This document shows positions 13,468 to 26,180 of a DNA stretch of 63,832 nt, piece after piece. Location: positions 3,006,291-3,070,122 of the forward strand of contig MU053557.1 in assembly GCA_013239625.1 (NCBI GenBank). Direction: 5' to 3'. Below the pieces are notes generated by a model. It did no database searches, was not told where the DNA came from, and saw only the letters and a program-made list of their open reading frames with translations. Source of the DNA: Lama guanicoe (taxonomy: Eukaryota). How positions within the stretch are numbered: position 1 is the stretch's first letter; every line of letters begins with the position of its first letter. The position numbers and the translations under genes are program-made.

Positions 13468-16400
13468 GAAATCAACAGAGAAACTAGAAGATATCTTAAG
13501 ACAAATGAAAATAGAAACTCAACATACCAAACTTAAGGGATGCTGCAAAAACAGAACCAAGAGTGAATTTTATAACAATAAATGCCTAAATTAAAAAAAG
13601 AAGAAAGATCTCAAATAAATTATCCAACTTTATGCCTCAAGGAATGAGAAAAAGAAGAAAACAGTAGCCCAAAGCTAGCAGAAGAAAGAAAATATTACAG
13701 ATTAAAGGAGAAACAGAGAATGGGAAAACAACAAAAGAAGTCGGCAAAACTACGAGTTTTTATTTTTTAATACCAACAAAATTGACAAATCCTTAGCTGG
13801 ACTAAGAAAAAAAGTAACAAGACTCAAAAAATAATATCAGAAATAAGAAAGGAGACATTACAACAGATGCCACAGAAATTAAAAGACAACTGTGAACAAT
13901 TATATACCAACAAATTGGAAAGCCTAGAAGAAATGGATGAATTTCTAAAAACATACAACCTATGAAGACTGAATCACAAAGAGAAAATGTGAACACACCT
14001 ATAACTAGTAAGGATATTGAATCAGTAATCAAAACTCTCCTAACAAAGAAAAGCCCAGGACCAAATGACTTCACTGGGGAAATTCTATCAAACATTTAAA
14101 GAATTAACAATCCTCAACTCTTTCAAAAACTGAAAGAGAACCAATGACAATCCTTCTCAGCACTTCCAAATTCGTTTCATGAGGTCAACATTACCTTGAT
14201 GCCAAACCAGAAAAGAATATACTATAAGAAAAGAAAATTACAGGTCAATATTCCTGATGAATTAGGATGCAAAAATCCTCAACAAAATCTTAGCAAACAG
14301 AATACAACAGTACATTAAAAGAATCCTACACCATGACCAAATGAAATTTACCCTTGGGATGAAACAATGGCTCAACATATGCAAGGCAATCAACAGGAAA
14401 CACCACATTAATAGAAGGAAGGACAAAAATCACATGATCATCTCAGTGGATACAGAAAAAGCATTCCACAGAATTCAACACCCTTTCATAATTTAAAAAA
14501 ATTTCAGGACACTAGAAATAGAATTAAATTACCTCAACATAATAAAGTCCACACATGAAAAGTCCACAGCTATCACATTCAATGGTGAAAAACTGGAAGT
14601 TTTCCTTTAAGATCAGGAAAAAGACAAGGATGCCCACTCTTGCCTCTATTCAACATAGTACTGGAAGTACTAACCAGAGCAATTAGTCAAGAAAAACAAA
14701 AGGCATGCAAATCATAAATGAAGAAGTAAAATTATCTCTGTTCACAGATGATATGATCTTATATGTTAGAAAACCCTAAAATTCTATATATACTAAAAAA
14801 AAAGCTGTTAGAATTTAAAAAAAGAAGAGTTGTAGGATACAAAAACAATATACAAAAATCAGCTGCACTTCTATGCAACACCACCAAACAATCTGAAAAG
14901 GACGTTAAGGAAAATAATCCTATTTATAATAACATCAAAAAGAATAAAATACTTGGGAATAAACTAACCACAGTGGCAAAACTTATACACTGAAAACTAC
15001 AACACATTGCTGAAAGAAATGAAAGATTACACAAATGGAAGGATATCTCATGTTGACATGGATTGGAAAACTTAATATTGCTAAAATGGACATACTATCC
15101 AACGTTACCTACAGATTCAATGCAATCTCTATCAAAATTCCAATGCTATTTTTTACAAAAATATAAAAAACAATCCTAAAAGTCACCCCAAAGGATTCTG
15201 AGTAGCCAAAACAATGAGAAGGAACAAAGCTGGAGGCCTCACACGTCCTCATTTCAAAACATATTACAACACTACAGTAATCCAAAGGGTGTGGTACTAG
15301 CATAAAGGCAGATACATAGATTGATGGTACAGAATAGACAATCTAGAAACAAATCCATGCATATACGGTCAAACCATTTTCAACAATGGTGCCAAGACTA
15401 TATAATGGGGGAAATATGGTCTCTTCAACAAATGATACTGAGTAAAGTGGATATTTGCATGCAAAAAAATAAAACTGTACCACTACCCTACATCACATAC
15501 AAAAATCAACTCAAAATAGATTAATAACTTAAATGTAAGATTTTAAACTATAAAACTAGAAAAAAACATAGTATAAAAGCTTAATGAAATTGGTTTTGGC
15601 AATGATTTCTCACTGATGACACCAAAAGCACAAGCTACAAAAGCAAAATACAGGCAAGTGGGACTACATCAAACTATAAAGCTTCTATATACAGAAGGAA
15701 ACAATTAATAGAGTGAAAGTCAACCTATGGAATGGGAGAAAATATTTACAAGCCATATGTTTGATAAGGGGTTAATACACAAAGTATAGAAGGAACTCTT
15801 CCAATTTAATAGCAAAAAAGCAAATAACCTGATTTTTTAAATGGTCAAAGGACTTGAATAGATATTTCTCAAAAGAAGACATACAAATAGCCAGCAGGTG
15901 TATGAAAAGACTCTCAACATCACTAACCATCAGGAAAATGCAAATTAAAACCACAATGAGGTATCACTTCATACCTGCTGGGATGGCCATTATCAAAAGA
16001 ATCCAGGAAACAACATGTTTTGGCAAGGATGTGGAAAAACTGGAATTCCATTATTGGTAGGAATGTGAAATAGCGCATCCACTGAGGAAAATGGTATGAT
16101 GTTTCCTCAAAAAATTAAAAAAAGAACTACCATATAGTTCAACAATTCCGATTCTGGGTATTTATGCAAAAGAGTTAATATCAGGATCTTGAAGAGATAT
16201 TTGCATTCTCATGTTCATGGCAGTGTTATTCACAATAGGCAAGACACGCATGGAACCTAATGTTCACTGACAGATGAATGGATTTTTTAAAAAGCATTTT
16301 TAAAAATGCATATTTTTAATATGCATACAATGGCATATTATTCAGCCATAAAAAGGAAACCCTGTTATATACTAAAAAAAAATAGGTGAATTTCGAGAAC

Positions 16401-16690
16401 ATTATGATAAGTGAAATAAAGACAGGACAAATAGTGCATGATTTCACTAATATAAGGTATCTAAAGAAGCTAAACTCATAGAAACAGGGAGTAAAATGAT
16501 GGTTGTCAAATGCTGAGAGGGGAAAATGGGGAGCTGCTGTACAATGTGTACAGTTTCAGTCATGCAAGATGAGAGAGTTCCAGAGATCCACTGTATGACA
16601 TATGCTTACAGCTATTAATACTGTACCATACACTTAAAACTTGTTAAGAGGGTGGATCTCATATTATGTATTATTTACCACAATAAAAAT
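13468..16690 (+). mobile_element. ~3.2 kb degenerate L1 (L1MA10/L1MB1-like): ORF2 remnant including the RT domain, plus 3'UTR
   Basis: Continuous ORF2 similarity with many stops and frameshifts. RT motif remnant ttcacagatgatatgatc (F-T-D-D-M-I) at 14741; 3' end ttgttaagagggtggatctcat...accacaataaaa. Confidence 0.92.
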
Positions 16691-16718
16691 GAGAACTAAC
16701 TTAAAATTAAGATTTAAA

Positions 16719-17445
16719 ACTTGTTGTTTATCTATTTTATATATAGTAGTTAGTATCTGCAAATCTCAAACTCCCAATTTATCCCTTCCCACTCCCTTTC
16801 CCCCAGTAACCAAAAGTTTGTTTTCTATGTCTGTGAGTCTGTTTCTGTTTTGTAAGTAAGTTCGTTTGTGTGGATTTTTTTAGATTCCATATATGAGTGA
16901 TAGTATATGGTATTTGTATTTCTCTTCCTGGCTTGCTTCACTTAGAATGATGAACTCCATGTCCATTCATGTTGCTGAAACTGGCATTATTTTTTTCTTT
17001 TTTATGGCTGAGTAGTGTTCTATTGTATAAATATAGCACAACTTTTTTATTCAGTAATCTGTTGATGGACATTAAGGTTGTTTCTATGTCTTAGCTGTTA
17101 CAAGTAGTGCTGCTATGAACATTGGGGTACATGTATCTTTTTGAATAAAGGTTCCTTCTGGATATATGCCCAGGAGTAGGACTGCTAGATCATATGGTAA
17201 CTCTATTTTTAGTTTTTTTGAGGAATCTCCATACTGTTTTCCACAATGGCTACACCAAACTACATTCCCACCAACAGTATGTATAGTATAGGGAACTGTA
17301 TTCAATATCTGTAGTAACCTATAATGAAAAAGAATATGAAAAGGTGTGTGTGTGTGTGTTTGTGTGTGTATGACTGAAACATTACGCTGTATGCCAGAAA
17401 ATGACACAACATTGTAAACTGACTATAATTCAACAAAAAATAAAA
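16719..17445 (+). mobile_element. Lineage-specific L1 with 5' inversion (16719-17280 inverted, 17281-17445 sense 3' end)
   Basis: A minus-orientation ORF2/3'UTR segment is joined to a plus-orientation terminal 3'UTR and A-rich tail. Confidence 0.85.
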
Positions 17446-17447
17446 GA

Positions 17448-17496
17448 AAGACAGACAAAAGAAACAAAGATAGACAGACAGACAGACAGACAGACA
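17448..17496. repeat. (GACA)n microsatellite in the L1 tail
   Basis: Read directly: agacagacagacagacagacagac. Confidence 0.9.
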
Positions 17497-19785
17497 AGCC
17501 CTAAGATTTTAGAAAGACATTTGCCTGGACTTATATAGCATTAACTTTCCAGAAAACAAAATTAGAAATAATTTAATTTTTAGGTTGGTAACAGAGAGCT
17601 GTCATGTCTCTTTATCACAGAAAATATGATCCTTCACATGTTAGCAAGCCTTCTTGGAAAACGATCAGGGCTGCACAATTAGGCAGTATCAGTGGAAATC
17701 ATGAAAGGAGAAAAAATGAACACTGGGAGCACTGTGTTCACTCCAGAAAATGGGAAGAATGCTTCTCTTCATCCATAACATTATTTTCTTTGACTTTCTA
17801 GTTGCATCTGGGATGAAAGGGAACTATTTATAACACAAAGATTATTTGTGCCAATTATCTAGTTAATATACAGCAAGGGCAATGGATGTTTTGTTCTTGC
17901 CCAACCAGTAATTTGGAAGAGTATACTTAGCAAACAGTTATAGGCTGTAAGAAAAAAAGGGTATCTGCTGGAAAATTAGAACTAATTGGGGGAAAATAAG
18001 CCTATCTGTCATAAACCACAAATAATGGTCTGAGCAATAATGTTTATTATCATAATTTTTACATAGCAATGCAATTAACTAAGGAATTACACCGAAGCAC
18101 AGTGTATCATTTATCCTCACAGCTCCCTTGTGCCAAAAGAGGCAGGTACAGTACTCTCTTTATGTGCAGACAAGAGATGCTGGATGTAACCAGCACACAG
18201 GGCAGAGCCTGAATAGAAACGAGGTAGCTTTAATCCCTGATTAATATTCCAGTTTGCACTTAGAATATGCCACTTCCGTACTTTTCAAAGGATTTACAGA
18301 AATATCTATAAATTGGGAACCAAGAAAGAAATGATATTTAGAATTCTTATTTGCCTTTGTGTACATACATCCCCTTTCTGCCTGGTAACCAACTTCCCCC
18401 ATAACAGAAGCAGTGCTGAGCAAGGGAAAACGGCAGATGTAACTCATGATTATGTAAATTGTGGTCAGTAAGCTCATGGGCGGCCGACCAGGCATAGACC
18501 AAGGGTGACCCTGGGCAAGGACCCGAGCTTTTATTGCTGGAGGTCAGGATCATTGCACGAACTTCTGTTTCTCTGAGCCCATTTCTCCTGTAGGGTGGCA
18601 GCAAGGGTAAACAGTCAGAACAGACACTTGAATGACTAAGGTAAACTCATAGTTTGATCTCCCATTAAAGTTATGAGAAAGGTAAAGAACAAACTCTGGC
18701 CCTGCTATTTCTTTACCCCAGATATAAAAGCCTGAGAAGAAGAAGGAATGAGTAAAGACACCATTCTAGAAAGTCATTCTTAACTTCAAAAGAATAGGAT
18801 ACATTGATTCAGTTTTTCCTACACTTGACAATGCAGCATCCTTCCTTAAGCATTTGAAATCATCTCCAATCACTTGTACCTCTGTGGGTGAGGGCACTAA
18901 GTAAAGTTGAGTTTTTAATGCCCAGTGTTATGTTGGGCTTGGTAGGGAAATTCAAATTTGTGACCTACGGTAGAGACACATCTTTCTACAGGGATGAGTT
19001 CTAAAGTACATTACATAAGGCAAAAAAATGCATCACATCAAAATTGCATTAGGGAAAACTCCATGCTGGAACTCAGCGTAACATGCTGCAAAACATCCAC
19101 CACGGTCAAAATTTTCTCTCTTATTGAAACATATTGCTTTTTTCTTCTACCACCAGATTAGGTAGGTGGCTTGCATCTGGAACATGTTGCAATTTTTAAA
19201 GAAAGTATTTTACAGCCTGGAATCTCTGTATGGAGTAATGTTCCTGACTGAGGGAACAAGGAATTCCTATCCACCTACTCCCACATCAAGTAATATACTC
19301 ACTGAGTGGAAGGTAATCAGAAGAGTCTGCGGTGTGTCAAGTGTTCATTCATTTGTTCTCATCCTCATTCTCAAGTTACCATTCATTCACACAATTCTGA
19401 CTTCTGTCTCTTTGGCCCACCCTCTTCTCCTCCCTCTTCTTTAGCAGAGCACAAACAGGCGAATTTGCATACACTGAATATTCCTTTGATGTGATTCCAC
19501 TGTAGCACTCAAGGCAGACATCACCCATCAATCACAACATGATTTTCCTCCCACGAGGCACAGACTGGACCTGAGTCCTTCCCAACACAAGACTCCAGGC
19601 AGCCACTACCCACTGACCAAAGCAGATCACTAATATTCCACACAATTTTTTTAACCACTTAGTTTCCTTTACTATTTTTGAGCTTCATTTCTGTATATGA
19701 TTAAAAAAAATAAATAAAGCATTAGATGAGCTGCTTTCTAGACCTTACACTGAATTCTATGATTTTATGTTCCTTTAGATGGTAG

Positions 19786-20076
19786 TAGAGGTCAGCCAAT
19801 TAAGGCCCACGGATCAAACCCACCGCATCACGTTTTTGTACGGCCTATGAGCTAAAAATAGATTATACATTTTTTTAATCATTGGAAAGAAATAAAATAA
19901 TAATAATATTCTATAATATGTAAAAATCATGTAATTAAAATTTGTGTCCATAAATAAAGTTTCACTGGAAAATAGCCTATTGTCTATGGCTGTTATCACA
20001 CTATACAGAGTTGTGTCAGAAAATGTACTCCTCACAAAGTCTAAAATATTTACTAATTGATCCTTTACAGAAAAAG
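19786..20076. mobile_element. MER58B-like hAT-Charlie MITE
   Basis: tttttgtacggcctatgagctaa...gtgtccataaataaagttt...ctaaaatatttactaattgatcctttacagaaaaag matches the recalled MER58 consensus. Confidence 0.8.
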
Positions 20077-23000
20077 CACAAACTAAAGTGGGATGAGGAA
20101 ATTGTGGATCGAACGCCAAGTCAAGAGAATTGGTATCTATGTAATAAGGGCAAGTAGCACAACATGAATATATGTATTTGTTGAAAACTCATCTTCTGAC
20201 ACTTTTAAAAGGTGAATTTTATCATGAACTTTATATTCCTTTCATTATTTGTTATTAAAAATTCATTACAAGAAAGGAATGCCAAACATAAAAGTAAAAA
20301 AGAACCAGGAATTTAGGGGGGACTACAGAGAGGAATTTGACCTGGAATTAGGGGCTCTGTGATAGAGATCAGTGAAATGTAAATTTAATACGAAATTTGT
20401 CAGAATTTCATAGTCCAGCTAAGAAGTAAGCTCAGTGAATGCTCTGGGCAACCTGGTAAGATGCATTCTATTGTATTTTTCAAATTGTTCACTATTTACT
20501 AATTACATGGTTCAAGTTATAAAAAACAAGTAACAACTTCTCTAACCTTTTATTTCAGAAGCTAAAATAAGTCCCTTCTTCCCTTATAGGATAGGAGGAA
20601 GGAATCATTAGGAAAACTACTCTAAATAAAAGTATGATTTCTGATACTTATATTTCATGTTAGTATGATAATCCTTTTTAATCGGTTAATTATGCTTACA
20701 CATGCTTTTACAGGTTTTTGAGTCTGCAATAAATTATGCAAACTTAACTAGAATTTTGCTTCTGATTAAATTTTGGCTTAGGCCAAATGAAAACTGTTTA
20801 ATATTGACTATCGATATAAGTCAACATTTGATTAGTTTGGAACCTAATTGCTTTCCGTAATCTTTACAAATGATGTTTTTCTTGTTTTAAAGGATTTTGG
20901 AGCTGTTAATTACTCCATATATGTGAAAAGAAACATTTCATTAGCTCAAATTTAATTTGCAGTCTCTTCAACTCTCATTGGTATTTGGATAAGATTCAGT
21001 TCCTATTACTGGAAAAGAACAACTAACAAAGGCGAAGAAAGAAAATAACTGGGCAGTAGAGGAAACACACTAAGTGTCTAGTGAGAGTAAAATGTTAAAG
21101 TTACCTAATTAATTAAGAAGAAAACTGTCCTTTGCAGGAAAGTTCAACCTAACTCATCATGGTTGGAAGAAAGATGGCTTTTCAATAAAGGCAAGAAGTT
21201 GAGAAAAGAAATCATATTTACCATAATCATCAAATAAAGGTAGTAAAATTAAATGAATAATTGACACATTTTTCAAACTCTAAATTAGTTGCCTAAGAGG
21301 AGAGTGGGTGTTTGCAATTACTACACACGTATATTATGGGCTCTAGATTAACAATGGATGCATTAAAATGTGTTGAATAATTTAAATATGGCCATAAGTA
21401 GCAACTTGTCTTCGTTAATTAGGCTTATTATGATGTATAATATAACATCCCAGAGAAATAATTCAAAAATAAAGAAATTTCTAGAATAATTCTGGGATAA
21501 TATATCTGAGTGATATCAGATTGACTCAGGTTCCAATATGGCCTTAATACTTTCTCTCATATTTCCTGGTCACAGAATTTAATCTGGCTAAACTTGAGAT
21601 TCTGCATTACTATAATAGGAGAAATTATTCATTCATAGATTTTTTTTTGAGGACTACGCTCACATAGTAAGCATAGAATGATTGTGATAACCCCATAATT
21701 TTGGAGTTTTATTTATGTAGACACTGCAAAAAGAGTGTTAATGCTAATTAACGATTAAATTTCAAGAAGTAGATTTGCCTCTATTTTTTATACTTACAGA
21801 GCTAAGGATTTTCTAGACTCATACACTGGATTTAAACAGACACATTTTGTAGTTCATATTATTTAAAGTTGTAGTTTAATCTGTACATTCTATTTAATGC
21901 TGGGATTCATTAAAACGTTTTTCTTGTTGCCTAAACTACCTACATCCATGGAAATAGCGTTTTTTTGTTTTTACTTTTTACTGACATGGACTGTTTATTC
22001 TAATGATAAAAATACATCTTTGTTTATTCTCACAAGAATTGGAAATACAACTCGGTTCTAATAAAGCCGGGAACTCACAAAGCACTGCATAAGACATTTA
22101 CTTCTAATCTGTTGGAGAAATGATCCCACGATTCTGCATGGGAAGAAAGTCAGGATTTGAAAGCAAGAAGCAAGAAGAACATGTAAATGTATTTCACTGG
22201 GAATCTTGAAGAACATAACGGCATTCATATTCAAATAAACTAGAAATAACTGCTCTGAACAGCAAAGTCACCATTTGTATGGGAAAAATAGAGACTCTGA
22301 ATTTGCGTGTGCAAGGGTTCAAATCTCAGTTTGGATTTTATGGTTTATTTTAATTAGTCGCTCAACTTCTCAAGTTCTTTGTCCTTAAACTGTGGATAAT
22401 AACAGCTACCGGGGATCACTGTTGTCAAAATTCATTTAGTGCACACAAAGTGCCTTTGGAGGAGTAGTTGTTTAATAAAACAAAGTTAACATTATTATAA
22501 AACCATTCCCTTTCATCAGTGGCTATCATTTCAAATGGAATGCTACTGCTGTAATCTTGTCAACACGCATTCCTCAAGTAACCGTGCAAAGGCAAATCTG
22601 CAAAATAAACCAGCCCACTATTTTGAAGTAAAAGGAAAGGATGCTGAATCTATCCCAACAACTCAAGCATAGCATGCATGGGAGGAAAAATCAGGCCCAA
22701 GTCCCTTCAAGTAATCTACTCTATGCTCCAGTTTTTCAAAGGTTTAATCTAAGAAACAGGAAGTCCCAGTCAAAGGAGTTCAAAGAACTCTCCAATAAAC
22801 GGCTGTGCCCAGAATACTGAGGTAAAAGTAGCAGGCGTTGCAGTAGGTGACCCACAGCCCAGGACTGCCCCCAGACTGTCCTGACAGCAGCAATGGATGT
22901 CACACATCTCAGTGGCCCTTTCAATCCCTTTCTACCCGGCGAATAGAGTTAGTAGGTTGCTCTAACCATAGGTCAGAGGACATGCTCCCTGGTCGCAGCA

Positions 23001-23199
23001 TAGCAGCACTAGAACAGACCATAAAAACCACCCAGTCCAACCTCTTTGTTTAATAGATGGAAAATCCAATCCCAGGTTGGGGTCAGTGATGTCTCCACAG
23101 GTGCAGAGCTAAACCCAAGGGGTGTTTCAGATGACAGGGGACCTCCAGTATGCTAACTGCAGATTTGCGAGTGTCAAACAGAAGGAAAAATCTATTGTG

Positions 23200-23385
23200 A
23201 AAGGCCCAGATCTTGAAGTCAGACTACCTGAGCTTCTATCCTGTGACTCTGGGAAAACTCCCTGACCCTTTTAAGCCCCAGTCCTCTTGACTGAAAATCG
23301 GTATTTTTAGCACTGAATGACAGGGTGCAAATAAAATGTTGGCCTCAGTGCTTGGTATATTAAAAATGCTAATAAATATTTATCA
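23200..23385 (+). mobile_element. MIR SINE fragment
   Basis: gaagtcagactacctgagc...tgtgactctgggaaaa...cagtgcttggtata...taataaatattt. Confidence 0.55.
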
Positions 23386-23418
23386 GTAGTGGTAGTTTTA
23401 ATCTATTTCTCTTTTCTT

Positions 23419-23420
<2 letters not shown>

Positions 23421-23465
<45 letters not shown>
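23421..23465. repeat. (ATT)15 microsatellite
   Basis: Read directly from the sequence. Confidence 0.97.
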
Positions 23466-25439
23466 TGCTACTTAGAACAGGGGAAACACAACAAAGGACA
23501 GTAAGACCCTTTCTTGGACTTCTCCTAAAATCATGTGATCTTTAAGTACATCAAAGGACAGTGTTTCACACTTGGAATTTTCTTGAAATAAGTCATTGTG
23601 AACTTGTGTCATGCTGATCTGAACAATTTACAGACACGTTTGGAAAGGATGCATTTTTGACTATGAGAAATACACTGAAATTGCTTTAGTAATTTACCTT
23701 CAAGGTACTCCATGTAGTTCTCTTAACAGCCTCCTTTCAAAATGCTGAATCTTTACCATCGTTCCCTAGGTCCTGAGCCATTCTCTATAGAAACCAAACT
23801 ATTAACAGCACGCACCAAAGGATGGCTATCCATCCTAAGATGAAGATGAAGTATCTTTGAAATGATTACGTAGACCAGTGATACAGCACAATTTTGACTC
23901 AGAAGTAATGTGCTTCATGAATACAACTTGTATTCAGAAGTCTGGCCTACTTTGGGATACAAAAAAAGCAAAATGCACAATTTCTCTTTCTTCTATCCCT
24001 CTTTTGTAGTTCAGTATCGTAACTTGTTAAAATGTAAATCACTTCCATATCTAAAAATGTACAAAATGATGAATTAAACAGAATTACAGAAAACCAAGAC
24101 AGTGCCTCTGAGGACCACAGCATGTTTTCGTGGATGTGCACTGAATGGGGCTGTGCTTTGGGAGCAGAAAGGACCGCATTTTAGCCCTAATTTCAGAGAC
24201 ACTTGAAGATATTTCACTATTTCCTGGTCTGAATGAAACCCTGGATTTTTTCCTTTTTCTCTTTTCTAAACTTTTTATAGAAATAGTCTCCAAAAATCAA
24301 GAAATTCCCAACAACTCTGGGACAAAATATCTCTAACTACAGGACAGGTAGGTTAGACTGAGAAATACTGGTGTTTAAAGAGGGCAATTTTGGGGGGAGA
24401 GGAAACACTATCCCCAGACCTCTACAAATTTCGGGAAAAGATCCCAAGATAATACACATACATTATTCCAGTGAAATGTAACATTCATCCTAAACATGAA
24501 AAATATGTATTTATACACTTGTAGATTTTTAAAAATCTCCCTAGGCCATTAAAAAGAGACATATAATTTCATCAGATGTATTTTCCACAGTCAGAGCACA
24601 ACTCCGTGGTATTTCCGTTACTTCTGTGTCATTCTGTGTCACAGCTCATTGCAAAGACACTCTTAATAGGAAAACACCAAGAGAAAGGGAGGAGAGGGGA
24701 GACGGGAGGTGACCACTTACTAGTTTGTTATCAAGGCGAACACCAAGTCTACTGCCTGTTCCCCACATGCTCCTGGATATTCTAATATGTGACTCTGTAG
24801 GGTGTGTGTGTGTTGAGAGTTAAAGACTGAGGAGGGAACTGGTCCTAAAGAGTCAAATGAAACTATTTGTAGGTGAATAAGTTCCCTCCATCCCCTCATG
24901 TTCGCAACTCTTCCAATCTCTCATAGGAAAGGTATAAACTACCGAAGTAGAAAACAAAGTCAAGATGTGAATTCCTGATTTCTTTCCTTGTAATATACAG
25001 AAATGGTTGAAGAAATTAAATCCTTTTTATACTGTGAGCTGTCATTCACAGATCATTTCGTTAAATAATTTGAGGGGCTGACATCAGATAAACCAGGTTG
25101 AAATCTTCTGGCCTTAAAATAACTTTATGGGAAAGCTAACTCTTTAAGGTTACATTTTTGATTGTTATATTTTTGCTATAGAAGGAGGGATCAAAATTGT
25201 ATCGTACACACACACTTATCCACCCAGGCACACATAGCATTCAGAGAGGAAGCCTGTAATACACTGAAAAGGATATTGACTTTGCAGTAAACCAGAGCCG
25301 GGAGTTTAGGAAACTTACTGAAAACATTTGAGTTTCTATTTTCTGTTCTGAAAACAGAAAAGAGCAACCCAGAATTTATGGGTTTGCCATACAGATGAGA
25401 CAAAGGGATGGGCATACACATCGCCTCTGTCACATCCAG

Positions 25440-25830
25440 GATACTGCACTTGCTGTTTCCTCTGTGGACAATGTTTTCCTCCATCATAACGTGGCCACAC
25501 TGAACCTCCTTGGTTTCCTTGAACACAACCTGCTCTCTCTTGTCTACACGGCTTTGCCCGTGCTGCTCCCTTGGGCTGGAGCATTCTCTGCCCTTTCCCT
25601 TTGCACATCTAACCCAGGACTGAGCTTGGATGCTATTTTCCTGTGACACCTTTGCTGACACCTCTAGACTAGTTTATGCATTTCATTTATGTGCTCACAG
25701 AGCACCCTAACTTCTGTTATCACAGCCCTAGTACACAGGACTGAAATTGCCAGCTAGTTTGCCTGAATTTTCAGTAGATGATGAACTCCTTAACATACAT
25801 ACTTATTTCATTCAGTGTTGTAACCATGCC
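25440..25830 (+). mobile_element. L2 fragment
   Basis: Pyrimidine-rich L2-like sequence (gccacactgaacctccttggtttccttgaacac...ctttgcccgtgctgctccc). Confidence 0.6.
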
Positions 25831-25959
25831 TCCCAACAATGGTTTCTCTTAAGCTTAGGTCAGTACTGACAATGGTACAGTGAGATGGGCATTCTTTCAT
25901 ACCTTTCATACAAAAGAGAGACATTCAGTATAATAATAAAATAATAATGACAATTATAA

Positions 25960-26180
25960 TAATAATGCAATTATTAGGTATCTCTCTGCATCAAGCATTG
26001 TGATAAGTGTTTTCATGTATTATCTCATTTAATCATCACAATACTGGTTGGGGATACGTACCACAAGCATCTGTACTGTACAGAACAAGAAACAAGATTC
26101 TGAGTCTAAACGACTTCACAAGGGCGTGAAGCTTTAGGTGGTAAAATCAGGAAACAAACCCAGGTCTGCCTGATGCTAAG
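25960..26180 (-). mobile_element. MIR SINE fragment
   Basis: tattatctcatttaatcatcacaata...aaacccaggtctgcctga. Confidence 0.65.

Noticed and set aside
13802..16060. Multiple ORFs with reverse transcriptase-related similarity
   Set aside because: Fragments of a dead L1 ORF2 broken by stops and frameshifts; not a functional or domesticated gene.
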